This document shows, piece after piece, positions 48,801 through 62,847 of a stretch of 64,000 bases of DNA. Location: positions 166,757-230,756 of the forward strand of contig NIVC01001758.1 of the NCBI GenBank assembly GCA_002269645.1, read 5' to 3'. The position numbers and the translations under genes are program-made. Each line of letters opens with the position of its first letter. The stretch's first letter is position 1. The notes beneath the pieces are model-generated. The model saw only the letters and a list, made by a program, of their open reading frames with translations, made no database searches and was not told where the DNA came from. The stretch is from Macrostomum lignano. Its lineage: Eukaryota.

Positions 48801-51800
48801 TGACCATCTCCTGCACCAGGACAGTGTTCATGCTCTGCTTATAGCTGGTCGGATATTTTCTCAACGATATCTCGATGTCAAAATCTTTCGGCAGGCGATC
48901 CAGGATGTCGGCCGCGACGCTGTCGATAATATCGTCGGCACCTTTGCCGCCGTCGCCGCCGGAGCGAGACTGCAGGAGGGAGAGCGATTTGTGTGATTTA
49001 TTTGTTGAAAACAGTTGCGCAAAGCTTGGTGACGTAACCGAGAATTTGTGCGTCATCGACAGTGCGTTTGGATGCAATTAGTCACATTGAATAAGTGATC
49101 GAGTGTGGAATTTCGGGGAGACAACAGTTAACGGTGATGTACTCGTGGCAATGGTAACACGATTCTTAACAATGACTCCTTCAATCGATTCGAAATTTAA
49201 CCCCCCCCCTCCAAAAAAACAAAAGAAAACTTGCATCTTAAGTGAACTGAAACGGGGAGCAGAAATGATATTGGTGAACACTCGCTCCTGCATAGTGACT
49301 AACTGACTGAACTGACGAAATCTGAACTGCATTGATAACACGCCACCGATACTTACTCAATCGGTTTAACAAACTCAGTTTCTCCTGAATTCGTTAGAAA
49401 ATGAATTGGTTGATGCAGCTAAAATGCATATTTAACAGGCATGACTTGGCTCCTATCAACAACGAAAATCAACACATGTTTTTTCTTGTAAATTCGTCTC
49501 GCTCAGGTAACAGTTGGGAGGGAGGGTTATTGTGGGGCCACAGACAATGATTTTAATATCATAAATTTGTGTTGACAGCCACCAGGAAGATCTGGATGTG
49601 ACTCAACCGCAGCACTCACAAGCGCCGGTACACTGGCAATAAGTTTTGTTAGAACTTCCCGCTCTGCTATGAGCCAAATCAGGTGGAGGCAATTGTTCTG
49701 AAATATTTTGTATGCACAGAGCCGAAATAAAGGAGCGTTATGTATGACTTTTACACCTTTGTTATGGGATTTAGCAGCACAAATTATTTTTTTCAGCAGT
49801 GTAGCGAACGTACAGTAAAAATTGATGAATTGTTTAACAAAAAGGTGTGCATTAACTACTTCCAGTACTAAAAAAAGACGACTGTCGGATTCTAATTCGG
49901 GTAATTTTGAATTGAAATACGCATCACCTGCACGGACGTGACTGAAGTCTCATTTCCTGGCTAGTTTTGTTGCGTCAAGGAAACCGAAAGGCATGCGAAT
50001 AAAGTTGTCATGGTTGTCACTTGTCGAGTTTTAATAACAAATTTAAATATGAAGTAGTAGTAGCTGTTATTTTATACGAGTACAAAGATTACAAGTTTAA
50101 ATTAAATTTAGATTAGTAAAAAACGTTAATAAATATGGTATTACTGTTAGTAGTTATATGAGATTCGTTATAAAAAATTACCTGCGTTAGCAGGATGCTA
50201 TTAAACAGCAGATTTGTCTCCTGTTGGTCCTTTGTTATATCGGCGTTCGGGTGCATGCCGAACACCTGCGGCTGCGGATTCAACGGCAGATTCTTGATGT
50301 ACTCCAGGTAGCTGTCGTACTGAAAATTTAACGATTGGGTGGGAGTTCGGTTCGGTAGCAGCCCGAATACGCTGAGAAAGTCAGAACCGCTGTACACCCT
50401 GTACACTCCGCATCCCTACATAATGCTAAGCGGAATGGCCAGGACTACCTGCCTCTTGTCCCAAAGACTCCACAACTTACCTCTCCGTCGGGTGGCGCAA
50501 AGTACAAGCCGGTTTCGTCGAATTTGTAATTATCATCCGAGATGATCTCTTTGCAGTAGAACTTGTTGAGGATGGTCTTGAGAGTGCGCCGGTCCCACTC
50601 CTCGGTGACACGGCCGCCGTAGTTGCACTCTCCGGTGAGGTAGCGCAGCGCGTCGTACTGCACCTCTTCGTACTCGTCCAGGAACATGTGCAGCTGTTGC
50701 ACGGAGATGCGCAAATCTGTCTCGTTGAACTCGTAGGGGATGTTCCAGCCCATCGGGCCGAACTTGCGCCGCTCCTGCACGATGGCGTGGAAGAAGCAGA
50801 GGCCGAACAACATCTTCTTCCAGGCACGTGGATTGTGCGACTCGTTGAAGAACTCCGGATTACTGATCGGGTCGGTGCGGTAGGAGCGGGCAATGTTAAA
50901 GCGCAGGCCTTTAGGCGGCTCATTTGTCATCTTAACGCCGTTCTGCAGGATGGAAACCGGGAAGCTGTCAGAGGGGTAGCTGGTAAGCCACAGGCGGAAA
51001 TCCGGATGCGTCTTCTCTGGGGTGAAGTCCTCAACGATTTTCTCCAGCGTCGGCATCCAGCTCGGGGCGAGGTGGCAGTTCTGCAGAAGGATCCACATGC
51101 CGTCTTTTATTCCGCGCTCGATCTTGGCGATAGCGATGGGTCCCTGGCCCTGGCCGAGCGACAGGAAGTCGAACTTGGAGCCGCCGAAGCCCATGTCATC
51201 AGCGAACTTGAGCAGGCTCGCCATGGGGTCGGCACCGGGAGACAGCACGAAGAGCAGCGGGGAGCAGCAGTTCGAGTCATTGAAGGAACCGGGCAGATCA
51301 AACGACGGCGGTTCAATGTACTTCTTGCCGAGCTTCTTCTCCACAAAGTCCTGAACAGCTGGCACAATTTTGTCTGGCCGCAGGCAGCGTAGGACGCAGA
51401 GTCGTGGAAATTCCTCGGCCAATTTCTCAGCCCATTCGCCTGGCGGAGTCTCGCTCTGCGGCGTAGCGCTGTCGTAGATGACCTTCCACTGGTCCTTCTG
51501 CGCCATGAACTTCTGCCGGATCGTCTTAAAGCGCGGCAGGTCGTCCAGGCGGCAGATCTCATCCCAGGACTTGGGCGGCAGCCAGGCGGTCGGGTTGGGA
51601 TTGGGATTATCGAGACCGACGCCGCCCGTCAGCAGGAAACGCCACTCCTCATCGTTGACCAGCTTCTCGTGCTTCTGCAGGTTGATGCACAGCAGGAAGG
51701 AGAACAGCAACTTGTCCTTCTCAAACAAAGAACGGCAGACGTTACAGTACAGCGAATAAGTGAAGTGCAGCTTCAAGTTCTCGAGACGCTGGTCCAGAAC

Positions 51801-54800
51801 ATCCGATTTTTGCGAATTGTCAATCGACATGACGAATAGGTTAATGAACCACGTGAGCGAGTACTGGTACATCGGATCGATATTGCCTAGATCAGCTACC
51901 GTGAAGAACAGGATGGTCGAGTGCACCGCAATGGGCACATAACCGGCTCGGGCTTCATCGATCTTCTTCTCCGTGATCTCAGCAATCTCTTGCTTCTCAG
52001 TGATCTCGTTACTGAGGGTCTTTGATGAGTTAAGTACCTTGATTGCAGACTCATCCTCCAGGATGTTGCCTTCGGAGGATGACAGTACGTAGAGGATCTT
52101 GTCTTCGATCTCCTTCAGTTGGCGCTTGTTCTCGGCGCCCTGAACAATCAGCTGGTTCTTTTCCTCCTCCAGTTCCGGCTTCTCTCTAGCAACAACGATG
52201 CCCAGCAGCTGATCCTGAAGACCCTCCGGAGTAATCATGAAGTTCAACAGTGTCACCTTGACGGCCACCTCGGGCAGATAGTGCGGGTTTCTCAGCTTAG
52301 TCGTGATGAATAGGCGGAAGTCGTTCGAGTACTCGATGATTGAGTCGCCCAGCTTGATGCAGATGGCGCCGCCCTGTTTGAAAGTCTGTTTGAGCAGCAG
52401 GGGCTCCAGAAGGGGGTCTAACTCTTCCCCAACATTCTCAAGAAGCACAGGCGTGCCGAACTGGATTGCGTTCTCCAGGTTGCGCACGAAGTCGGAATCG
52501 CTTAACTTGCACACCTTCAAGTTATTCGCTTTCTCGTTGCTCTTGACCCATTTGTTAGCCTGGCCCTGTGGGTCAATCATCAGAGGCCAACGCCGAGCAT
52601 TCTTGATGATGATACCGTTCTCGACTGAAAAGTCGTCCGTGGGCAGGCCATTGATATTCCATGACCGAATTTCTACCGGGTTGCCAAGAGTCTGAACCAG
52701 ACTGAAGCGCTCGGACACGGGGATCTGCTGCTCGCGCACCTCATTGACCCACAAGAGGGTTTGGTCCTGCCGGAAGGCCGACGTGAATGCGCCCAGATAG
52801 GCGACGACGCCAGAGCTGATGAGGATGTCGCCGGTCAGGTTTGTGTAGGTGATGCCGAGATTGTGCGCGGCCTCGCGCCAGCGGTCCTTCTCGCCACCAA
52901 GACCACCGATTAGCTGCTCGGCACGGTCCAGCTTCTTTGTGCAGAGATCCACCTCGTTCTCCAGCTCGATCTTGCGCTTCTTGTTCATCTCGAGGTCGCT
53001 GCGCAGCTTCTCCAGTCGGTCTTGGACGGCCTTCAGCGTCGCCTGCTTCTTGGCTAGAGCCTCCTGGGCCACCGCCAGCTCGCCCTCGGCTTTGCGCAGG
53101 GCCTCTTTCTTGGGAGCTACAATCTTTGCTACCTTGTCGTACTGGTCCATGGCGCGCACCCATTTGCACAGGCCCTCGCAGGCAGTGGAAGCGACCGCGA
53201 TTCTCTCCGGCACGAACTCTGGGTTAACAATAAATCGCTCGCGAATCACCTTCATAATTGGAGCCGGGATGTTGTCCTTGTCAAAGTTTTGCAGACTCTC
53301 GAGGAACTTCATGTCGCCAAGGATTTTCTTCGAAGGACCCCAGTAGTCCTCAATCTTTTTGCCCGAGCCGCTGGGATCCGGGATGCGGTCCGGCTTGATT
53401 CCTTTGAGCACGCAGACAGACTCCATCACAAGCCTCACACCAGCTGGCGGCGACTTCATGGTCTTGACGATGGTGATGTCCTGCTGTGTCAGCGTCTTTA
53501 GGGCAGCTAGCGCGGCGTTCAGGATTGGAATGGCCTCGGCCAAATCGCTGTCGCACTCGTCTTTGATGGCCTGAGCAGCCTGTTTCTGCTCGTTAGCCAC
53601 GGCCTCATCCGCTTTGACAACTTTCTCCTGCTTGGCCACCTCCTGGCTCTCCTTCTCCACAATAATCATAGTTTCGTCCACCTCTTTGCTAGCCTGGACC
53701 AGCTGCGGCTGCAGCGCGGTCAGATTCTGCTGCATCACCCCGATCTCCTCGGCGGCCGACTGCAGCTTGTCAAGACCGACTTCGTAGCGTCGTTTCTGTC
53801 TGTGAATCTCAGTTCGCTTCTCGTCTAGCAACTGCTTGTAGGTGTTGATCAGCTCCAAATAGCTGGTGGGCGTTACGTAGTTGTATCGGCCGAGCTCACT
53901 GCCGAAACGGGCCGACAGATTGATGGTGGACTGGTGGAAGTGCTTGCAGAACTTGATGCAGCCGGCGCGCAGCTCGTCAGTCAGCTCAACGTCCTCCAAG
54001 AATCGCGTGGCCACGGCTGTCAGTGCGTCTTCCGGCCAGGCCTGGAACCAATCGATGGTGCAGCAGTTCACTAACGACGGAAACTTGCGCAGCCGGTTCC
54101 TGAACGCGCTTCCAATTGGGCTCATGGCCAGCACCACGTGCAGCTGCTCCTGGCAGCGCTGGATGAACAGGTTGAACAAGGCCACCAAGCTGCCGTCTGT
54201 CTGCTTAGTCTTGTCTCTCTGCCGGTCGATCTGACGCATCTTCTCAGTAATCTCAGCCTTCTCATCCGTAGCATACAGATTTGGGACCTCGCCAGCGTTT
54301 AGCAAATTGTTAATGTCCTCCAGGAAGGATTCCTGTTTGATCTGCGTATCGGAGAACAGGAAGACGCCGTGATTTTCGGACTCTGTGGCCTTGCGCAGGA
54401 TCCGCTTGAGGTCCTCGCGCCACTCGTTGCTAGTATAGGACTTGCTAATCTCCACTTGGAACAGGTCGTAGTCGGCCATGTGCGCAGCGAGCCGCGTCAG
54501 CGACTGACGACCGGAGCCGCCGACACCGACGAGTAGGGCGTGGCTCCTTGGGTGCTTGAGGATTCGCGAGATGCGCGACACGTGCTCGATTGCAAATCGG
54601 AACAGCACGAGGTTCATCGGCTTCTTGCTCATGTTATTGAACTCCTCGAGGTGGCCCTCAACCACAACGCGCAACTTCTCCATGTCGTTCACTTCGACGT
54701 AGTTGCCTTTGGCAGATTTTGGATCGGAGAAGTCGCAGTAGATTAGGGAGCGTAAATCGTCCTCAGTTACTTGACCATCCTCATCAAAGTCCAGATGACC

Positions 54801-57800
54801 GAAGAGCTGGTTAAAGTCCTCTTTGAACTCCTTTTGAAGCACCTCCTTCAGGTAGTCGAACAGCCATTTGCGATCCTCATCATCAACCAGACGATCATAA
54901 TACACTCGCATAACCTCGTGCAACCAGAGACGCTTAAGATATCCGGGCTCCTCGGTGGTGTCCGGCGTTGAAAGAAGCACGCCCTGCACTACACGGCTGA
55001 AGTCTCGCAAATTAAACAAGTAGTGAGACTTGGCCGGAGTGGGTAGCAGATTTTCCATTGCGCTCTTGTAAACAGCCAGGGTACCGTTTACGATCTGCTC
55101 AATGCACGGCTGGAAGTCGTGAGCAAAGCCCCTCGTATCCATGTGCCACTTCACAATGCTGCTGAAGATAGTAATCATGGTTTCGTCGTGGAACTCGTTG
55201 ATGGTAATGGTGTTGAGGTGGCGCAGGAATCGCGGCGTGATGGCACTGCGGCCGCCACCAGGTGGTCCCATGGCGCCGATGAAGATTAGATCGACCAAGT
55301 TGATAGTTGACGTGTCCTTGATGTCGTACCAGTTCCAGTGGTCAAGCCACTGCCGCAGGAGCTCGATCGGCGGCTGGGCGCCGTACGTCTCCTTGATAGG
55401 CATGTTAAGATCGTCCACAAAGATTATTACCTTCTTGCCCATCGGAGGGCCAAAGACGCCCTTGCGGCGACGATCCAGCTTCGACATTATGATGTTCTGC
55501 GTCATGTTGGCCGACGTCTGGGCCGAAAAGTTCAGCGTGTTCGGCTTGTAAGTATCCTTGTCTAGACCTGAGTACAGGAACTCGGCAATGTATGACGATT
55601 TTCCTGTACCGGTCGGGCCAACAAACAGACAGGCCTTTTCGTGTGTCAGCAGCAGCTTCATCAGATGTGTGTATCGCACAGTGTCCACGGTAGGCACAAT
55701 GATCTGGTTGAACTCGGCGTCCTTCGGAATCGGCGGCATCTCCTGGAGGGCCGCTGCCCAGGGTTCCCACTTCCCCATGCCTTCTTTCACGAAGCGGTAG
55801 TCGTAGACGGACCCTTTGTTCGGGAACGGGCACGAGTAGTCCTGGAGTGGCGGCGGCACCAGCTCAACCAGAGCAATCCTGGAACGCGTCTCCTCTAGCA
55901 TGCCTCCATTCACCAGCTCCCTGGTGAGCTTGTCGAATCGGCGACGGCCATTCTCATCGGTGGAGGCGCCAACGGACCAGACGAACGAAAAGAGGAAGAT
56001 GCCCTCAAGCCAGGCGCGAACCTGGCGCGGCTCCATCTGGTTGACCTTGGCTTCATCTTGGAACTCGTCCAGCTGGCAGTCGATCAGGTTCATCAGCGAC
56101 CTGACCAGGTTAATGTCAGAAGTCTTTGACAGCTCCCGGCCGCCACCCTTGCGTACCATGGCAATGCCAGCGTCAATGAAGCGTTCGAACATTTCGTCCA
56201 GACCTTCTTTTTGCTCCTTCTTGAGAAACTTTGTTGTGTTCCGTACGTAATTAGGGTCCTTCATGGGGTCATCCGGTCCGTCAGTGGAATTGTAGAGCCA
56301 GGACCGGACGATGGGGCGCCAGCCGAGGCTGGCCGGCTCCATGTAGATCATGCCGCAGCGGCTGACAGTGGCTGGACTGGCGACCTCCAGGTCCATCGGC
56401 TCGAAGATCAGATTGGTGGTTGGCGCTAGCTGGATGATCTCACCGCTCATTAGGCAGAGCTTCTTGTTGTCATCCAGCACCGTGTTCATGTTCTCAATCC
56501 ACACGGCATCGACTGGGCCGTCGAAGATCAGCCACTTGCGGTCGGGTGTAGTCGAGGTAGCAAAGGCGCGGTAAGACACGGCCAGAATTCCGTCTGACCA
56601 TTCGTGCGACACCGGGTCGAACTGGCCATACAGTTGGCCCATAGTGATGGCCTTCGGGTTGAGCACAGTATACTGGGCCCTGTTCTCTTCCATCTGCTCC
56701 CGGTCGTGCAGATCGCCTAGGGCTTTGGCCAGCACCTAGAAGAGAAAGTGTGCTACTTTCATTGCGGGGCTCTAAGAATTTTTTTAAATAGTCTAAGAAA
56801 ACTCGCAGGATTTTTACCCGATAGGCGGACGTCTTGCCACCGAACGGCTCTCCGACAATCATGAAGCCGTGACGGACGATCATCATCTCGTAAATCTGCT
56901 GAATCTTCTCCAGGAAGAACGGAGTGCATTGAAGATTCATCTTCTCGCAGTTCTCCTTAACAGCGATGTTGAAGAGATCATAGTCTGGCGTCGGCCTCTG
57001 CACTCCGGGGAACAGATCCGAGGCGATGCCCTCAAATAAGGGCAGGTCGTGGTTGAGGAACTTCGGCAAATTGACATCAATGATGGAGCGCAGCATGAGG
57101 ATGTCTTCGTCCTCTTCGGGGTACTTGAGCTTCAGATTTCCGGCGGCAGTTAGCACGGACTTGACGGCGCGCATGCCGTAGTCGTAATGCGGCTGAGAGG
57201 ACAGCTGCTCGGAGCACAGCCGGTAGGTGGCCACGATCTTCACACTGAGCGGCCGGGCGTTGATGAAGCCGCAGGAATAAAGCGAGATCTCCGAGATCAG
57301 CGCATAGTCTGGCACCATCATGGCCACTGAACGGAACAGCGCCTTCAGGTTGTCTGGCAGTTCAGACCGGCCGGCATAGCTGCAGGTATGAGGATAATTT
57401 ATTTCAATTTAAGAGTTTGAGTCGAAAAAGTTGAGAAATTTTCATACTTACGGTTAGATAATAAAGTTACTTACCCAGGGTTCATTGTAATGAACACAGC
57501 GCAGGTTGGGTCCAGCTTCAGCTGGGTGCCCTCAAATTCGAGCGTGTCCGCGGCAGCGTTGACCGCCTTTTGAATGGTGAGGATCTGCTGGGCCACCACG
57601 GAGAGCACCTCCAGGTCAATTCGGTTGAACTCATCGAAACAGGACCAGGCACCGCAGGAGGCGAGGCCTTTGAAGAACTTGCCAAGCGCCAGATAGTCGA
57701 GGCCGTCGGAACAGTTGAAGACCACGCACTGCTTGGCCACGGCCTTGGCCAGATCCTTGGTTGTCTCGGTTTTTCCTGTTCCAGCGGGACCTTCGGGTGC

Positions 57801-60800
57801 GCCGCCCAAATGAAGATGGAGCGCGCCGAACAGGGTTCGATAGCAGCGGTCAGTGAGGGGCGTGATGACCAGTCGGCCGCTGTTACCAAGGTACTCGTAG
57901 CCGTATCGGAGCATTGAGTTGATCATCCGCGTCAGCAGGTTGTCGTCTGTCCAGTAGTAGCGCAGCTGGCTCAGCCAGTTAAAATCGTTCTCCTCGCGCA
58001 CTTTCAGCTCGATCAGATTGGTCAGCACGTCTCTGGCGTGGACGTCCAGCACAATAAGCGCCTGCAGCGTTGTGCGGTTCTGCTTGGACAGCTTTCCGCG
58101 CACTAGAGTGACAATTTCGTCAATCTGGCTGTTGCTCTCCTTCAAGTATTTGTCCATAGAATCTGGACCCTCGCGCAATGCGCGGTGTACATTCGTGGTC
58201 CAGAACAGGCAGTCGATGGCCAGCACAGCCTGTCCAGGCCAGGCGCGAACCCATTGAGCCCGTGGCGTCTTATCGTAGTCTTCCATAGCTAGCTTGGTTG
58301 CCATGCGCACGGACTGGATCATGTCGCCCTCGAGCTCCAGCAGCCACTTCTCGACTTGGCCGCGCGCCTTGGCTGTCGAAATTACCTCCTTCAACTGCAC
58401 AACCTCTCCTTCTGAGCTCTTCATGTGAGTGATGTCCAGCACGTCGGTGAACTCCAGGCTGGCGATGCCCTCAAAGCACTTCTTGAGGTGCGGCTGCACT
58501 CTGGTCGGGTCCTTCGTCTCTGATAGGATTTCCAGCAGCTCGTCGTTAGATAAGAAGAAAAATCGCGGGAAGTAGAGCCGCTTTTTCTCCAAATAATCGT
58601 TCAGACCCTTCTGGATCAGCTCGAGTAGCTCGTTTGACTTGCGCAGCTTCTCCAGCAGCTTGTCGATCATGATAACTTGCATCACACGCTTGTCTGTGAT
58701 GGCCGCCTTCATGATCTCGCGCCAGTTCTTGTCCACTGTAGTGAACCGGCGACCCTCCTCAGGCATTTGAGCCATGATGTCTGGTGAGCTGAAAATTGGT
58801 TCCAGGTAAAGCCACGTGGCCTGCACTTTCAGCCACTCATCCAGCACATCCTGCAGCAGGATCAAATTTTGCTCCCAATCCTTGATCTCATTCTCGAACG
58901 GCTTGATGAAGGGGGAGCCGCGCATTGTTTGCGTCTTGACAATGTGATCATCGAGGAGTAGCTGAATGTCGTCAATAGATGACAGAATGTGCGTTCCGCT
59001 CTCACGGTAGGGGATGATGTTAAACTCGATGCTTTCCCACTCGTTCTTCATCTTGTTCATTGTCTTCTCGAGGTTGTGCTCCTTGGTGGCTGCCTCGGAG
59101 ATGCTCTCAAACTTTTGCACGTACGGTTCTAGGTTCATGTCGATCAACTTCGAGAGGCACATCTCTTCGTCCGGCTGGAGCGGATATCCAACAATGTCGG
59201 AGATCTGCGTCCAGTGGCGCTCCCTCAGACCCGGGTTAAACAGGCAGGTGATTAGTGGCAGGTGCTCTTTGAACTCCTCGACTTTCTCTTTAATTTTGCT
59301 GGCAATTTTCTTCGCCGCTGGTACATCATCAAATGTCTTTTCGAGTTTGTACAATAGACGCCACAGCCCGTTGACATCTTCGACTACCACATCAGGCACA
59401 ACATTGCCCATTGGGCCATCCATCCACTCTTTGTACTTGCGGTGGAAGTCCACAGTCTGCTCGTACAGCTGCTTGTACGGCCGCAGTGTGGTCAGAATCT
59501 GCTGTCGCTGCGGATAGGGTGTCGTCGGCCAGCCGAACGCCTCCTCTTCGTTGTTGAGCGCCTCAACCTTATCGGCAGCCGCCTCCAGGTTGTTGTGGAG
59601 TTTCTGCGCTTTGGACAGATACCGAGGCACTTCGGCCATGTCACCGAACTGCTGGAACTCTTCGACCCGCTTGGCGTAGCCTTCAAGCTCCAGCACAAAC
59701 TGATCCCTCTTGAACTTCAGATTTTCTTGGAATTGGTCACGCTTCTCGTTGAAGTTGTGCCTGTGCTCCTCAAAGATATTCGGCATGCGAGTCTCCCAGG
59801 TGAAGACCTCAGCGTTGAGCTCCATATCGTGGTTGGTAAACGAAGTCTGCTCCACGAGGAAGACCAATCGGTCGCGGCTCTGCTCCAGGCGGCTTCGCAG
59901 AGTCACCATTGTCTCATTCTCAACCTTCTCGACGAAGGCGCGCAGCTCCATGAGCTGCTCCGTGTTGGACGGCAGTGTCAGCGCCTTCTCAGCGATGTTC
60001 TTATAGTCGTTTATGAGCTCCTGGTTGCCCAGTCGGTGGTTGTCCATCATGCGCGTGAGGATTCGCTCGCAGATGGCTTCAGTGCGCTTCGTGAGCGCCC
60101 GAATGAGGTCGTCGCAGTGGACCTGGAACATGCCCAGTCGCAGGCTGCGCACCGACTTGAACTGGATCTGCTCAGCGAACTGCTTGAACTTTCGCAGCTC
60201 GCGCGCGTACTCATCGAATGTGTGCTCCTCCTGTAGGAAAGTGTCAATATCGTTGTCGGCCTGTTTGCTTACTATGAACTTGTACTTGTCGAACTGTTTC
60301 AGGTGCTTCAGCGGGCCGTCGCCCTCTTGCTTCACCACTTCAGAGACTTTGCTCTTGTGGGCGGCGAGGATCTCGGGCAGGATGCACGGCTTCAGTAGAG
60401 TCTCGCCTTCGTAAGCCGAGTACAGCTTGGTCTCGATGCGCGGTATCGCGCAGATCACCTTGAGCATCACGTCGTAGATGTTCAAGAAAACTGTCTCGAA
60501 GTCGTCGAAGTTCGGCTCAAATTTGATTCGATCGTCGTCCAAGACGAAGCGCAGAATGAAGCCCGAGTGCTCGTAAGCTCGCGCCGACGTCTGCAGGGGA
60601 AACCAAATTTTACTTACTAATAAATATCTTATTGTTCTTGGATAGTTACCTGGTAACAAGCCCAGCCAACTAAGATCAAGAACCTACCGGTGGCTGCACC
60701 AGCAGATCTGTGTAGTCGTCCATGGACAGCAGTCCAAGGCTCTGCAGCTGCGAGGTCATGAGGTTGGCCGCGCAATTGTAGAATGCGGCCAGCTGATCCG

Positions 60801-62847
60801 CCTCGTGCTCGCTAGGAATCTGTTTCTGCTTGTGGCCCTTGTAGAAGATGTGCTGAATCTCCGATAGCCACCTGGCGGAGGTAAAATTAGAAGGCGATGT
60901 TAAATATTTTGCAGCACTTCTTTTTGACTTGCCAATCCCAGACGGCATGACTCACCGCTTGATCAGTTTGTCTCTAGCCGCGTCAATGTGCTTCATGCAG
61001 CAGGTTTGGAACTCCTTCAGTTCCAGCGGTTCGAGCTTCGTTTGGAACTCGTGGATGTCCACCAGTCGGAGTTGCCTGGAGAAATGCAAAAGTTTTTTTT
61101 ACTCACTTAACAATTAAAAAATCTTTAGTGACTAATAGCCCAGTACAGACTTCAGTGTCGCAAAGCGGGTGCATGCACTTCGGCAGAGACAAACCAATTT
61201 AAGCAGAAAAGAATGCACTGGAATTCGGCAAAACTGGGTCTGCAGGCGGTTTGAAAAAGCTAAGAAAAATGCAAAAAAATGATGGTGCAAAGCAGGAGCA
61301 GGGGCGTTTGAAATTCTATTGTGCAAAACGATGCAAAGGTTGTTTAAAGGCTTTAGGAATTTCACTGTGACATTTTACCATAGAGATTTGGACGCCTCGG
61401 AGAGAGGCGCATTGGCAACATCGTCTGGCTCCGTGTCAAGTGGACTTTCAGGTTTTTGTGACGTGGAGAACGCATTTTTAGTTTATAGCCATTAACATTG
61501 TTGGTTAGTTAGTTAATCTGTAGCTGGCATTAAGGCTTACCATTAGTAACCTCAGGGTAAACAATGAGCCAGATTAGCGCACTTACGTGAACGTCTTGTG
61601 CCACAGCTCCAGCACCTGGTTCATGCACGGGTTTGTGATGTGCAGACTGCGGTCAATCTGGCGCCTGCAGGCGTAGAAACTTTTCTCCCAGGGCTTCGGC
61701 ACCACGGCCAGCTCCTGTCGGTGCTCTGGAAGCTCTTCGGGCTCATCTTCCTTCTCGCGCGGCTCTTTCAGTACGAAGTCCACGATCGCCTTCTTCACGC
61801 TGAGCAGGTAGTCCTCTCTGATCTCGTCTTCGAGATCTTCAAGAAGTTCAGTGTGGTTGCCGCGCTGGGCCTTGCCGACGAAGGACATGATGTTGCCCAT
61901 CCAGGAGTCCTCCATCGGAGCCACGTGCTCCGTGTCGATGCCGTGATGGATGTAGTAGTAGTATCTCTGGATTGGGGCGTTTCTTGTCAGTGAACGAATG
62001 GCTCATATTTTTGTGTTTTATTGACAGGTATAGCGACTCACCAGTACATCCTTCTCGGCTCCTGTGAGACCAAAGTTCTTCTGCTGCTGTTCGAGTCCGA
62101 CGACCTTGTCGCCCTCAAGCGACTCGTTGAATGGCTTGTCCTCGCCTTGCCTGGAGGGGTCAGGGTGGCAGAAATGGTCGGTTTAGAACATGCAGATTTG
62201 CATTAGGATTCGCACGGGTTATTTACTTACAGAATTATATCGACGAGCGCTTTGCGAAACTTCTCTCTATCCTTCTTGATCTTGGTCCTCTGAGTGGTGG
62301 CCTGGTCAACTTTCTTGGTCTTCTTGTTGTCTTCTGTGTGTGCAAATTTCAGTAGGGCATTGTAAAAATTACATTTTGAAAACAGCTTTCAAGTCAATAA
62401 TTTCAATAATAGAAATTCAAAGACAATAAACTGTGACCAATCGACAAAGATGTCATCAGCCAATTGACCGATTTGCTGTGATCAGCTTTTAGGGGGGGGG
62501 GTGAAAAATGTTGAAAATGGAGAAAGGAGTTACTTTTACCATTATTTTTTTCGCACAGATGCTGTAATTTTTTAAAGTTATATCTAACTGTAATAAATCT
62601 TCGAAATGCAAATTATGGGTTTAAAAAAATCGGTTTAAAATTAATGAGCGCTACTCACTGCCAGTGAGCTCGAAGACCAGATCGAAATTGTCCTCCTCCT
62701 CCTTGGCCGCAGCGCCGCCGCCCTTCAACACAAACATGGGCTGGTTGGCGGCCCAGGAGGGTTTGGCCCGGGTGTCGGCATCGCTGGCAGCATGTTGCGC
62801 GGATCATTTGTCCCCTTGCCTTTGTTGGCCTGGACAGCCTGAGCCAT
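45892..62847 (-). CDS. DNAH7: Axonemal dynein heavy chain 7 (inner arm); exons 62847-62659, 62333-62231, 62150-62042, 61966-61587, 61075-60956, 60871-60688, 60590-57475, 57379-56818, 56735-50481, 50319-50182, 48969-48586, 47906-47729, 47372-47269, 46098-45892; ~4,000 aa
   Basis: P-loops [33 protein letters not shown]; [21 protein letters not shown]-terminal HWIMRGVAL; DNAH7-type tail [22 protein letters not shown]. Exons 2-14 are all GT-AG and phase-consistent (11,840 nt). Exon 1 is out of frame by 1 nt from ATG 62847. Confidence 0.95.
46165..47240. repeat. 67-bp minisatellite, ~16 copies, filling the last DNAH7 intron
   Basis: Unit GTCTGTCACATCTGTTGCACTAATTAATCTAGGGGTTTGGCTGCAGGATCTAGATCTAGATGTTTAA; starts at 46223 and 46290. 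Confidence 0.96.

Noticed and set aside
50477-60414. Many antisense and alternative-frame ORFs over DNAH7
   Set aside because: Expected shadows of a GC-rich long CDS; no independent motifs or splice logic.
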